A stretch of 63,995 nucleotides of DNA, filler included, from Chiloscyllium plagiosum (taxonomy: Eukaryota): NCBI RefSeq assembly GCF_004010195.1. It is 7 parts of 2 records of this genome, joined end to end, with 100 filler letters (N's around TTAATTAATTAA, not from the genome) between each part and the next. Parts side by side here need not be neighbours in the genome. Positions count along the whole stretch, not along the records: positions 19,666 to 34,267 come from NC_057712.1; positions 34,368 to 45,129 come from NC_057712.1; 5 more parts are not named here. The stretch is one strand, 5' to 3'. A program made the translations under genes and the position numbers. How positions within the stretch are numbered: position 1 is the stretch's first letter; each line of letters starts with the position of its first letter. Positions 24,199 to 37,162 of the stretch are shown here, piece by piece. The notes under the pieces are model-generated. The model did not search any database. It had not been told where the DNA came from and saw only the letters and a list, made by a program, of their open reading frames with translations.

Positions 24199-24930
24199 AT
24201 TGGCTCCAGCAAGAGGAAGCAAAAAGAGGGTCCACAGAGGTCTTGGAATGGCCAACTGAAAATACAGTACGTGTTAAATGATTACAGCCCAGAGTCTGTA
24301 CAGCAGTTAGAATTGTGGATCAAGGAATGTGGTTTTGGTAAAAGGCAGTTGGAAGTACTGAAGCCACGGTTGGAGGATACAGAGAAGGAGAAACAGAAGG
24401 GGAAAAAAGAACCTGTGAATTGGAGTGCATATAATATGTGGAAGGCTGATGCTGATATCAGAGAAAAGAAATCTCAAGTAAAAGACATAATAAATACGCG
24501 TACAAACACTAGTGCACGTGCAGACGTGTGCAGAAAACAGCCTAGCGAAGCTGTACAATGCCTGAAGTCTGTTTCAGATCCTGACCGTGATGGCTGCCCC
24601 GAGATCCGCCTGGCGAAGATCCCAAGTCAGCGACCGCTGCTTCGGGGTCTGCTGAATCACGGATGGCATGCCATAACCGCAACCAACTGAAGCAAGAAGC
24701 CCAAAACAAGGATAGCCACTCCACGACAGGAAGGCCTCCAGGGTCTGTCCGCGATCACCCCATGACGGATGATGAGTCATACGGTGAGAGTATTGGCGGA
24801 TGATCATCTAACCAGGTAGTTCTGCAAGCATCAATGGTTGAAGTTGCAGATCCAGAAGGGTGCCCAGTGTTAGTCCACCGACCAGAGACCTCCAAGTAGC
24901 CTCATGGTATTACCGCAAGATTATCAATCC
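24199..24930 (+). mobile_element. gag: ERV gag N-terminal remnant (epsilon/gamma-like)
   Basis: aaaATTGGCTCCAGCAAG reads as mutated ATG-GGC (MGSSKRK, myristoylation type); IQYVLNDYSPESVQQLELWIKECGF..KRQLEVLK..WSAYNMW resembles fish ERV matrix; lies after LTR, PBS and leader. Confidence 0.65.
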
Positions 24931-25149
24931 AAAAAAATCAGCTCCTGTTCTGTGGACCTAGGTTCGAATCCCGCCACTACAGTGGTGGGAATTCAATTCA
25001 ATGAAGGAATCTTCCATCCCTCACCTGGTCTGGCCGACCGTTGACTCCAGTCCCAAAGAAATGTGTTTGACTCTCGATCGCCCCTGAAATGGTTGAGCGA
25101 GTCATTCAGATGTACTACTAAATCTCAAAGAAATTAAACCGGATGTATT

Positions 25150-26385
25150 GACCTGGGCACCAGAGAAGGGAACATTAGAAACATCATTGTCGAACCTGCA
25201 AAGTCCTCCTTACTAACAAATGAGGGCTCATGCCACAATTGGGACAGCTCTTTTACAGACTAGTCAAGCAACAGCCTGACATAGGCATACTCACGGGATT
25301 TTACCTTACAGATATAAGCCAGACAGCGCCATCACCATCCCTGGATATGTCCTAAATCAAAAGCAGGACCGATCCAGCACAGGAGGCAGCTCAGTGTTAT
25401 GGAGTCGGGCGGTAGATGCTCTGGGAGTCCCTGTAACCTGTAACCTCATATACCTAGCATAGCCCTCAATCAAACATTACCATCAAGCAAGAGGATTAAC
25501 CCTGGTTCAATAGAGAGTGCAGGAGAACAAGTCAGGAGCAGAATCAGGCATCCATAATCATAAAACGTTAATCTGCTGAAGCTTCCAAACAGAACTACTT
25601 ACATGCCAAATTGCATAAAAAGCAAGGGACAGAGTAAGCGATCCCAGAACCAACGCATTAGATTTAAGCTCTGCAGTTCTGCCAATCTGATCGTGGATGG
25701 TGGTGGACGATTCAATAACTCACCGGAGAACGAGGCTCCACAAATATCCCCAACCTCAATGAAGGAAGAGCCCAGCACGTCAGCTTTCATAGAATTCTTC
25801 AGTCAGAAGTTTCGAGTGATGATCCATTTCGGCCTCCACCAGTGGTCCACATCACTACAGATAGCAGTCTTCAGACATTCGATTGACTGATATCAATAAA
25901 CAGTTGAAGGCACTGGATACTGCAAAGGCTATGGGCCCTGCTGACATGCTGACAATAGTCGTGAAGACTTGTGCTCCAGAACTTCCCGCTCCCCTAGCCA
26001 AGCTTTTACAATACGATTAGAAACCGACAATGGGAAAAAACTGCTCAAGTGTGTTCTCCACATAAAAAGCAGGACAAAGTCAACTCGGCCAAATACCACC
26101 TCATCAGTCTACTCTCCATTATCAGTAAAGTGTTGGAAGGGGACATCAACAGTGCTATCAAGCCAGCACCTGCTTAGCAATACCTTCCCAGTGACACCCA
26201 GTTTGGGTTCCAACAGGGATACTCAGCTCCTGACCTCATTACAGCCTTGATTCAAACATAGAAAATGGAACTGAATTCCAGCCCTTGACATCAAGGCAAC
26301 ATTCTTTCAAATGTGGCATCAAGGTACCTGAGCAAAAAGGGTATTGCGGGCAAATACTCCACTATTGGAGTCATACCTGACAGGG
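25150..26385 (+). mobile_element. Degenerate CR1/L2-group LINE with internal deletions
   Basis: ctagtcaagcaacagcctgacata (LVKQQPDI), ccctggatatgtcc, ggatactgcaaaggctatgggccctg (DTAKAMGP), cttgacatcaaggcaacattc (LDIKATF). Confidence 0.75.
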
Positions 26386-29300
26386 TCAGGTTGAGGGTGA
26401 TGGAGTGAGTGTGTGGGGGTCAGTGTGACGCTGATGGAGTGAGTTAAATGGAATCAGTGTAAACGAAGATGAAGGGAGTGTGAGCGGGTCAGGGTGACGG
26501 CGATGGAGTGAGTGTGAGGAGGTCAGGGTGAGAGTGATGAAGTGAGTGTGAGAGAGCCATGGTGAGAGTGATGGAGTGAGTGTGAGGACGTCAGGATGAC
26601 CGCGATGCAGTAAGTGTGAGGGAGTCAGGGTGATGGTGATGCAGTAAGTGTTTGAGGGTCAGGGTGATACTGACACAGGAACTGTGAGGGGGCCAGAGTG
26701 ATAGTGACACAGTAAGTGTGAGGGGGTCAGGGTGGTACTGACACAGGAACTGTGAGGGGGTCAGGGTTATAGTGACGCAGTAAGTGTGAGGGGCTCAGGG
26801 TGGTACTAACACAGGAACTGTGAGGAGTCAGGGTGACAGTGACGCAGTAAGTGTGAGGGGTTCAGGGTGGTACTGACACAGGAACTGTGAGGGGGACAGG
26901 GTGCTAGTGACGCAGTAAGGGTGAGGGGGTCAGGGTGACACTGACACAGGAATTGTGAGGGGGCCAGGGTGATCGTGACAGAGTAAGGGTGAGGGGTCAG
27001 GGTGACACTGACACGGTGATGGAGTGAGTGTGAGGGGGTCAAACTGATGGAGTAGGAGTGAGTGTGAGTGGGTCATGGTGACGATGATTTAGTGTGAGGT
27101 GTCAGGGTGAGGGTGATGGAGTGAGTGCGTGGGGGTCAGTGTGAGGATGATGGAGAGAGTGTGAGGCTGTCAGTGTGACGCTGACGGAGTGAGTTGAATG
27201 GAGTCAGTGTGACGCTGACGGAGTGAGTTTAATAGAGTCAGCGTGACGGAGGTGGAGTGAGTGTGAGGTGGCCAGGGTGACTGTGATGGAGTGAGTGTGA
27301 GAGGGTCAGGGTGACATTGACTTAATGAGTGTTAGAGGGCCAAGGGATGGAGATGGAGAGAGTGTGAGGGGGTCAGGGTGACTGTGATGGAGTCAGCGTG
27401 AGGGGGCCAGTGTGACGGAGATGTAGTGAGTGAGAGAGGTTCAGAGTGACGGTGATGGAGTGAGTGTCAGGGGTTCAGGGTGACAGTGATGGAGTGAGTG
27501 TGAGGGGGTCAGTGTGAGGGTGATGGAGTGAGTGTGAGGGGGTCAGGAAGAGGGTGATGGAGTGAGTGTAAGGGGTCAGTTTGACGGTGAGGGAGTGAGT
27601 GTGAGGGGTCAGGGGGACGCTGAGTTAGTGTGAGGTGTCAGGGTGAGGGTGTTGGAGTGAGTGTGTGGGGCTCCGGGTGATGGTGATGGAGTGAGTGTGA
27701 GGGGGTCAAACTGATGGAGGAGGAGTGAGTGTGAGTAGGTAAGGGTGACATCGATGGAGTGTGTGTGAGGTGTTCAGGGTGAGTGTGAGTGGGGTCAGGG
27801 TGAGGATGATGGAGTGAGTGTGTGGAGGTCAGGTAACGGTGATGGAATGATTGTTAGGGGATCAGGGTGACGGTGATGGAATGTGTGTGAGGTCGTCAGG
27901 GTGACGGTGATGGAGTGAGTGTGAGAAGTTCAGGATGATGGTGTTGGATTGAGTGTGTGTGGGTCAGGGTGACTGTGATGGAGTGAGTGTGAGAGGGTCA
28001 GGCTGACATTGATTTAATGAGTGTGAGAGGGTCAGGTTGATGGTGATGGAGTGAGTGTGTGTGGGTCAGGGTGACGGTGATGGAGTGAGTGTGAGGGGTT
28101 CAGCGTGACGGTGATGGAGTGAGTGTGAGGTTATCAGGGTGACGCTAATGGAGTGAGTGTGAGACGATCAGGATGATGGTGATGAGGTGAATGTGACGGC
28201 GTCGCGGTGACGGTGATGGAGTGTGTGTGAGGGGGTCAGTGTGAAGGAGATGGAGTGAGTATGAGGTGGCCAGGGTGACAGTGGTGGATTGAGTGTGCGC
28301 GGCTCAGTGTGACATTGATGGAGTGAGTGTGAGGGGGTCAGGGTGACGGTGATGGAGAGAGTCTGAGATGGTGAGGGTGACGGTAATGAGTGAAAGAAGG
28401 TTGTCAAGGTGACGGTGATGGAGTGAGAGTGAGGGTGTCAGGGTGACGATGATGGAATGAATGTGTGGCGGTAAGGGTGAAGGTGATGGCGTGAGTGTGA
28501 AGGGGTCTGTGTGACAGTGAAGGAATGGGTGTGAGTTTGACCGGTTGACGGTTGTGGAGTGAGTGTGAGCGGGTTAGTCTGATGGTGATGGAGTGAGTGT
28601 GAGGGGGTCAGTGTGATGCTGCTGGAGTGAGTATGAGAGGGTCACTGTGACGGTGATGGAGTGAGTGTGAAGGGGTCAGTATGACTGTGATTGAGTGAGT
28701 GTGAAGGGTTCATGGTGACGGTGATGGAGCGAGTGTCGGGGGGTCAGGGTGACGGTGATGGAGTGAATGTGAGGGGGTCAGCCTGACGGCGATGGAGTGA
28801 GTGTGACTGGAACAGTGTGACGGTGATGGAGTGAGTGTGAGTGGGTCAGCGTGATGGTGAAGGAATGAATGTCAGGGGGTCAGAGTGATGGTGATGGAGT
28901 GCGTGTGAGGGGATCAGTGTGGCGGTGATGGAGTGAGTGTGAGGGGATCAGGGTGACGGTGATGGAGTGAGTGTGAGGGGATTCAGGGTGACAGTGATAG
29001 AATGAGTGTGTGGAGGTCATGGTGACGGTGATGAAGTGAGTGTGAAGGGGTCAGTGTGACTGCAACATAATGAGTGTGAGGGTGTCAGGGTGACGATCAT
29101 GGAGTGAGTTATAGGGTGTCACGGTGACGGTGATGGAGTGAGTGTGAGAAGATTAGGGTGACGGTGATGGAGTGAGTGTGTGTGGGTCAGGGTGACGTTG
29201 ATGGAGTGAATGTGAGGTTGTCAGGGTGACGCTGATGGAGTGAGTGTGAGAAGATCAGGATGACGGCGATGGAGTGAATGTGATGGGGTCACGGTGACGG

Positions 29301-32300
29301 TGATGGAGTGTGTGTGAGGGGGTCAGTGTGACGGAGATGAAGTGAGTATGAAGGGGTCAGGGAGACAGTGATGGAATGAGTGTGAGGGTGCCAGGATGAC
29401 GATCATGGAGTGAGTGTGAGAGTTCCGTATAACAGTGATGGAGTGAGTGTGAGGGGGTCAGGATGACCGTGATGGAGTGAGTGTAAGAGGGTTAGTGTGA
29501 CAGTGATGAAGTGAGTGTGGAGGGGTCAGTGTGGCTGTGATGGAGTGAGTGTGAAGGGGCCAGTGTGGCTGTGATGGAATGAGTGTGAGCGGGTCACGGT
29601 GACGGTGATGGAGTGAGTAAGAGAGGGTCAGGGTGACAGTGATGGAGTGAGTGTGAGGAGGTCAGGGTGACTGTGATGGAGTGAGTGTGAGGGGAAGAGT
29701 ATGATGGTGATGGAGTGAGTGTGTGGGATTCAGGGTGACGATGACGGAGTGAGTGAGAGGGGGTTAGAGTGACTGTATTGGAGCGAGTGTGTGGTGGTTA
29801 GGGTGATGGTGATGGAGAGAGTGCGAGGGGGTCAGGGTGATGGTGATTGAGTGAATGTAAGTGGGTCAGTGTGACACTGATGGAGTGAGTGTGAGGGGGT
29901 CATGGTGACGGTGATGAAGTGAGTGTGAAGGAGTCAGTGTGACTGTGATGGAATGAGTGTGAGGGTCTCAGGGTGACGATCATGGAGTGAGTGTGAGGCA
30001 GTCATGGTGACGATGATGGAGTGAGTGTGAGAGGGTCAGTGTGACGGTGATGGATTGAGTGTGAGGTTGTCAGGGTGATGCTAATGTAGTGAGTGTGAGA
30101 AGATCAGGATGACGGTGATGGAGTGAATTTGAGGGCGTCACGGTGACGGTGATGGAGTGTGTGTGAGGGGGTCAGTGTAAAGGATATGGAGTGACTGTGA
30201 GGTGGTGAGGGTGACAGAGGTGAATTGAGTGTGTGGGGGTCAATGTGACAGTGATGGAGTGAGAGTGAGGGTGTCAGGGTGACGATGATGGAATGAGTGT
30301 GTGGCGGTAAGGATGAAGGTGATGGCGTGAGTGTGAAGGGGTCTGTGTGAGAGTGAAGGAATGAGTGTGAGTTTGACCGGTTGACGGTTGTGGTGTGAGT
30401 GTGAGGGGGTTAGTCTGATGGTGATGGAGTGAGTGTGAGGGGGTAAGTATGACTGTGATGGAGTGAGTGTGAAGGGTTCATGGTGACGGTGATGGAGCGA
30501 GTGTCGGGGGGTCAGGGTGACGGTGATGGAGTGAATGTGAGGGCGGCAGCTTGACGGTGATGGAGTGAGTGTGACTGGGACAGTGTGACGGTGATGGAGT
30601 GAGTGTGAGTGGGTCAGCGTGATGGGGAAGGAATGAGTGTCAGGGGGTCAGGGTCTCGGTAAAGGAGTGCGTGTGAGGGGATCAGTGTGGCGGTGATGGA
30701 GTGAGTGTGAGGGGATCAGGGGGACGGTGATGGAGTGATTGTGAGGGGTTCACGGTGACGGTGATCAAGTGAGTGCGAGAGGGTCAGGGTGACGGTGAAG
30801 GAGTGAGTGTGGGTGGGTCAGCGTGATGGGGAATGAATGGGTGCCAGGGGGTCAGGGTGACGGTGAAGGAGTGCATGTGAGGGGATCAGTGTGGCGGTGA
30901 TGGAGTGAGTGTGAGGGGATCAGGGTGACGGTGATGGAGTGAGTGTGAGGGGATTCAGGGTGACAGTGATAGAATGAGTGTGTGGAAGTCATGGTGACGG
31001 TGATGAAGTGAGTGTGAAGGGGTCAGTGTGACTGCAACAGAATCAGTGTGAGGGTGTCAGGGTGACGATCATGGGGTGAGTTATAGGGTGTCTGATGGAG
31101 TGAGTGTGAGTTGGTCATGGTGACGGTGATGGATTGAGTGTGAGGTTGTAAGGGTGACGCTGATGGAGTGAGTGTGAGAAGATCAGGATGACGGTGATGG
31201 AGTGAATGTGAGGGGGTCACGGTGACGGTGATGGAGTGTGTGTGAGGGGGTCAGAGTGACGGAGATGGAGTGAGTATGAGGTGGTCAGGGTGACAGTGGT
31301 GGATTGAGTGTGTGGGGGTCAGTGTGACATTGGTGGAGTGAGTGTGAGGGGGTCAGGGAGACAGTGATGGAATGAGTGTGAGGGTGTCAGGGTGACCATC
31401 ATGGAGTGAGTGTGGGGGTTCCGTGTAAAAGTGATGGACTGAGTGTGAGGGGGTCAGGATGATGGTGATGGAGTGAATGTAAGAGGGTTAGTGTGACAGT
31501 GATGGAGTGAGTATACGAGGGTCAGTGTGACAGTGATGGAGTGAGTTGAGGGGGTCGTGGTGACGGTGATGAAGTGAGTGTGAAAGGGTCAGTGTGGCTG
31601 TGATGGAATGAGTGTGAGCGGGTCACGGTGACGGTGATGGAGTGAGTGTCGTGGGGTCAGGGTGACAGTGATGGAGTGAATGTGAGGGGGTCAGCCTGAT
31701 GGTGATGGAGTGAGTGTGATTGGGACAATGTGACGGTGATGGAGTGAGTGTGAAGGTGTCAGTATGACTGTGATGGAGTGAGTGTGAAGGGTTCATGGTG
31801 ACGGTGATGGAGCGAGTGTCGTGGGGTCAGGGTGACGGTGATGGAGTGAATGTGAGGGGGTCAGCCTGACGGTAATGGAGTGAGTGTGACTGGGACAGTG
31901 TGACGGTGATGGAGTGAGTGTGAGTGGGTCAGTGTGATGGGGAAGGAATGAATGTCAGGGGGTCAGGGTGACAATCATGGAGTGAGTTTGAGGGTTTCAG
32001 GGTGAGGGTGATGGAGAGAGTGTGAGAAGAACAGGGTGACGGTGATGGAGTGATTGTGTGTGGGTCAGGGTGACGGTGATGGAGTGAGTGTGAGGGGTTC
32101 AGCGTGACGGTGATGGAGTGAGTGTGAATTGGTCAGGGTGACGGTGATGGATTGAGTGTGATGTTGTCAGGGTGACGCTGATGGAGTAAATGTGAGAAGA
32201 TCAGGATGACGGTGATGGAGTGTGTGTGAGGGGGTCAGTGTGACGGAGATGGAGTGAGTATGAAGTGGTCAGGGTGACAGTGGTGAATTGAGTGTGCGGG

Positions 32301-34267
32301 GGTCAGTGTGACATTGATGGAGTGAGTGTAAGGGGGTCAGGCTGACAGTGATGGAATGAGTGTGAGGGTGTCAGTGTGACCATCATGGAGTGAGTGTGAG
32401 AGTTCCGTGTAACAGTGATGGAGTGAGTGTGAGGGGGTCAGGGTGATGGTGATGGAGTGAATGTAAGAGGGTTAGTGTGACAGTGATGGATTGTGTGTAA
32501 GAGGGTCAGTGTGACAGTGATGGAGTGAGTTGAGGGAGTCATGGTGACGGTGATGAAATGAGTTTGAAAGGGTCAGTGTGACTGTGTTGGAATGAGTGTG
32601 AGCGGGTCACAGTGACGATGATGGAGTGAGGGAGAGGGTCAGGGTGACGTTGATGGAGTGAGTGTGAGAGTGCCAGTGTGACGATGATGGCGTGAGTGTG
32701 TGTGGTTCCGGGTGACGGTGATGGAGTGAATGTGAGGGGGTCAGCCTGCCGGTGATGGAGTGAGTGTGACTGGGAGAGTGTAACGGTGATGGAGTGAGTG
32801 TGAAGGGGTCAGCAAGACTGTGATGGAGTGAGTGTGAAGGGTTCATGGTGACGGTGATGGAGCGAGTGTCGTGGGGTCAGGGTGACTGTGATGGAGTGAA
32901 TGTGAGGGGGTCAGCCTGACGGTGATGGAGTGAGTGTGACTGAGACAGTGTGACGGGTGATGGAGTGAGTGTGAGTGGGTCAGCGTGATGGGGAAGGAAT
33001 GAGTGTGAGGGGGTCAGGGTGACGGTGAAGGAGTATGTGTTAGGTGATCAGTGTGGCGGTGATGGAGTGAGAGTGAGGGGATCAGGGTGACGCTGATGGA
33101 TTGCGTGTGAGGGGATTCAGGGTGACAGTGATAGAATGAGTGTGTGGAGGTCATGGTGACGGTGATGAAGTGAGTGTGAAGGGGTCAGTGTGACTGCAAC
33201 AGAATGAGTGTGAGGCTGTCCGGGTGATGGTGATGGAGTGAGTGTATGTGTGTCAGGGTGACGGTGATGGAGTGAGTGTGAGAAGATCAGGGTGACGGTG
33301 ATGGAGTGAATGTGAGGGGCTCAGGGTGACGGTGATGGAGTGTGTGTGAGGGGGTTAGTGTGACGGAGATGGAGTGAGTATGAGGTGGTCAGGGTGACAG
33401 TGGTGGATTGAGTGTGAGGATGTCAGTGTGACCATCATGGAGTGAGTGTGAGGGTTCCGTGTAATAGTGATGGAGTGAGTGGGAGGGGGTCAGGATGATG
33501 GTGATGGAGTAAATGTAAGAGGGTTAGTGTGACAGTGATGGACTGAGTGTAAGAGGGTCAGTGTGACAGTGATGGAGTGAGTTGAGGGGGTCATGGTGAG
33601 GGTGATGAAGTGAGTGTGAAGGAGTCAGTGTGGCTGTGATGGAATGAGTGTGAGCGGGTCACGGTGACGATGATGGAGTGAGTGTGAGAGTGTCAGGGTG
33701 ACGATGATGGAGTGAGTGTGTGTGGTTCAGGGTGACGGTGATGGAGTGAGTGTGAGTTGGTCAGCGTGATGGGGAAGGAATGAGTGCCATGGGGTCAGGG
33801 TGATGATGATGGAGTGCGTGTGAGGTGTTCAGTGTGGCGGTGATGGAGTGAGTGTGAGGGGATCAGAGTGACGATGATGGAGTGAGTGTGAGGGGTTCAC
33901 GGTGACGGTGATCAAGTGACTGCGAGAGGGTCAGGGTGACGGTGATGGCGTGAGTGTGTGTGGGTCAGGGTGATGGTGATGGAGTGAGTGTGAGGAGTTC
34001 AGTGTGACGGTGATGGAGTGAGTGTGAGTTGGTCGGCGTGATGGGGAAGGAATGAGTGCCATGGGGTCAGGGTGATGATGATGGAGTGCGTGTGAGGTGT
34101 TCAGTGTGGCGGTGATGGAGTGAGTGTGAGGGGATCAGAGTGACGATGATGGAGTGAGTGTGAGGGGTTCACGGTGACGGTGATCAAGTGACTGCGAGAG
34201 GGTCAGGGTGACGGTGATGGCGTGAGTGTGTGTGGGTCAGGGTGATGGTGATGGAGTGAGTGTGAGG
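26383..34267. repeat. 34-bp G/T-rich satellite array (consensus AGGGTGACGGTGATGGAGTGAGTGTGAGGGGGTC), about 230 units, runs to contig end
   Basis: Direct periodicity; variant dimeric sub-array at about 26605-27015; recurring variant units indicate higher-order structure. Confidence 0.97.
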
Positions 34268-34367
34268 NNNNNNNNNNNNNNNNNNNNNNNNNNNNNNNNN
34301 NNNNNNNNNNNTTAATTAATTAANNNNNNNNNNNNNNNNNNNNNNNNNNNNNNNNNNNNNNNNNNNN

Positions 34368-35295
34368 TTTACGATATATATTAATGATATAGAAGATGGT
34401 ATTAATAGTAACATTAGCAAATTTGTTGATGATACAAAGCTGGGTGGCAGGGTGAAATGTGAGGAGGATGTTAGGAGATTATAGGATGACCTGGACAGGT
34501 TAGGTGAGTGGTCAGATGCATGGCAGATGCAGTTTAATGTGGATAAATGTATGGTTATCCACTTTGGTGGCAAGAACAGGAAGGCAGATTACTACCTAAA
34601 TGGAATCAATTTAGGTAAAGGGCAGTACAAAGAGATCTGAGTGTTCTTGTACACCAGTCAATGAAGGTAAGCATGCAGGTAAAGCAGGTAGTGAAGAAGG
34701 CTATTAGTATGCTGGCCTTCATAACAAAAGGGATTGAGTATAGAAGCAAAGAGGTTCTTCTGCAGCTGTACAGGGCCCTGGTGAGATCACACCTAGAGTA
34801 CTGTGTGCAGTTCTGGTCTCCAAATTTGAGGAAAGACATTCTGGTTATTGAGGGAGTGCAGCGTAGGTTCATGAGGTCAATTCCTGGAATGGCGGGACTA
34901 CCTTACGCTAAAAGACTGGAGCGACTGGGCTTGTATACCCTTGAGTTTAGAAGACTGAGAGGAGATCTGATTGAGGCATATAAGATTATTAAAGGATTGG
35001 ACACTGTGGAGGCAGGAAACATGTTTCCGCTGATGGGTGAGTGCCGAACCAGAGGACACAGCTTAAAAATACGGGGTAGACTATTTAGGAGAGAGATGAG
35101 GAGAAACTTCTTCACCCAGAGAGTGGTGGCTGTGTGGAATGCTCTGCCCCAGAGGGCAGTGGAGGCCCAGTCTCTGGATTCATTTAAGAAAGAGTTGGAT
35201 AGAGCTCTCAAGGATTGTGGAATCAAGGCTCATGGGGATAAGGCAGGAACAGGATACTGATTAAGGCCTACTCCTGCACCTATTGTCTATTGTTC
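34368..35295 (+). mobile_element. Young CR1 RT C-terminus and 3' end
   Basis: YINDI..ISKFVDDTKLGG then open ORF 34661..35260 ending at the natural stop; tail cctactcctgcacctattgtctattg. Confidence 0.95.
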
Positions 35296-37033
35296 CATGT
35301 CTTCACCATTTCCTTGTGTTTCATTATAATTTACTATTCTCATCTGCTAAAGGACATTTATTTGAGAAACAGCTCCCCTCCTTGCATACACTTACAGAAG
35401 CTCTTACGATTTGTTGTTGCATTTGTTGCTTATTTATTCTCAATTTCTGATTTTTTTTAATTAGACATCCTTTGCCAATTTGTGAACTTTTCCCTATTTT
35501 CTGGCTTACCATCACATGATCAAAAATCTATCTACCTCTGCCTTTTCAACATCATATGTCAGCCTTTTCTTTCAATTTGAAACTATTAATAACATTCTTT
35601 ATTAGCCACTGATGGTGAAGTTTTCTCTCAGAGTCTTCCTATATCCGAATATAACCTCATTGAGAGTTATGAAATATCTCTTCAAATTTCTGCCATTGCT
35701 TTGATGCCAAATTATATCTGAACCATTTTTTCCCATTCCCTGTCATCAATTCTTTCTCCATGCCACTGCTAAGACACTAGTTTCAGACCTCAGTTTTTCA
35801 CCCTCAAATTGAATGTGAAATTCTTACCTAGGGATCCTTGACAATGATATCATTCATTAATCTTGTCTCATTATACATTATTGATCTAAAACAGCTTGAC
35901 TCCAGGTTGACTTCAGAAAATATTGTTCTAAAAAGCTGTATTGAATAAACAGTGGACTCAGCCACAAGGCTATTTTGGTCAATTTCCTTCATTTATCTAT
36001 ATGAAGAATAAAATTGCAGATGATTACTGTGGTACCTTTCTTAGAAGCCTCTATTATTGCTTGATTATAGTTTCTCCTGCACAGTAGCTCTTGTGAGGGG
36101 ACCTACTCCCACCAGTGACTGTCTTCCCTTAGTATTTATTTTGTGTAGCTCTTTTACCTAAATCAAATCTTAGTTTCTTCATGAAATCAGGTACCATCCC
36201 TTCAGTTACCCCTGTTCACTGGACGCCATCTCCCTAAATCCCTTTTGCCCCTCTCCTCCATTCTAATGTCCAAAAAGTGTAAGGAGTTCATAATAGTTTT
36301 GGCACTAAATTTGAGACCATCTGCTGCCACATCCCTTTCCTGGCCTACCCTGTCGGGCCAAAGTACCTTGAAAGATTCTGTTTCACTCTAGTTCCTCCCA
36401 TGGTCTCCTCCATGTCCTGTCTGAGGCTTGCCTCCCGTTTCCTCACTGCTGACCACTGAGCCTGTCCTGCTGGATTAAAAAACCCCACCCTTGAACCCTC
36501 CATGCTTGCAACCGACCATCTCGGATCTCTTCAGACTCCTTGAGTAGATGTGTAGCTCTTCTGGAGCACCTTCACATACGTGATGGGCTGAATGGCTTCC
36601 TTCTTTGCTGTTATATTTCTGTCATGACCTTTCCTGACCTTTCTTGTCTGTAAATTATTGAACGGTTTGTCCATAATCTAATTTTCTTGAGCAGAGGTTT
36701 CCTCTAGTTAATCATTGGAGAGACTGAAGCTAATGATTTGGTTCCTCCAACAAACCCCATTCCTGATTCCACGACCCCCCCCCCCACTCTGCCGCGGCAA
36801 CTGTTGTAAGCTGCATCTGACCAATCTTGAGCCCGGTGTGACTCTCAAAAGAAAGTCCAACTATATATTTGCATTTTTGGTAAGATGGTAAAATCAGATG
36901 CTGACGTAGTTTGTACCTTAGCTTGTTCATTTTTATTGTTATGTGTTACTTCTAGACTCAACTGTTCCGGTGCGTTCCGAGTGAATTCTCTGCATAGCGT
37001 GTTTGTGTTTTCAGTCTCTGTGTCTCACTCCAG

Positions 37034-37162
37034 GTAACACCAGACTTTGTGAAGAGTGGGGAATACTTGCTGGAGAGAATGGGCATCTGCTACCCAGCAA
37101 AGGTCCACCTCAAATCACCCTTCGATCCAAACAACAAGCGAGTTAAAGGGATTTATTCGTGA
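37034..37162 (+). CDS. SARDH: SARDH (sarcosine dehydrogenase) last coding exon [42 protein letters not shown]
   Basis: Acceptor tctctgtgtctcactccag; peptide matches human C-terminus [44 protein letters not shown] at 37160-37162; tail-to-tail with DBH as in mammals. Confidence 0.95.
   Translation, partial: VTPDFVKSGEYLLERMGICYPAKVHLKSPFDPNNKRVKGIYS

Noticed and set aside
26383..34267. Possible CRISPR array or His-rich protein gene
   Set aside because: Contiguous diverged monomers with no unique spacers, no cas genes, eukaryotic context; ORFs are short and incidental.
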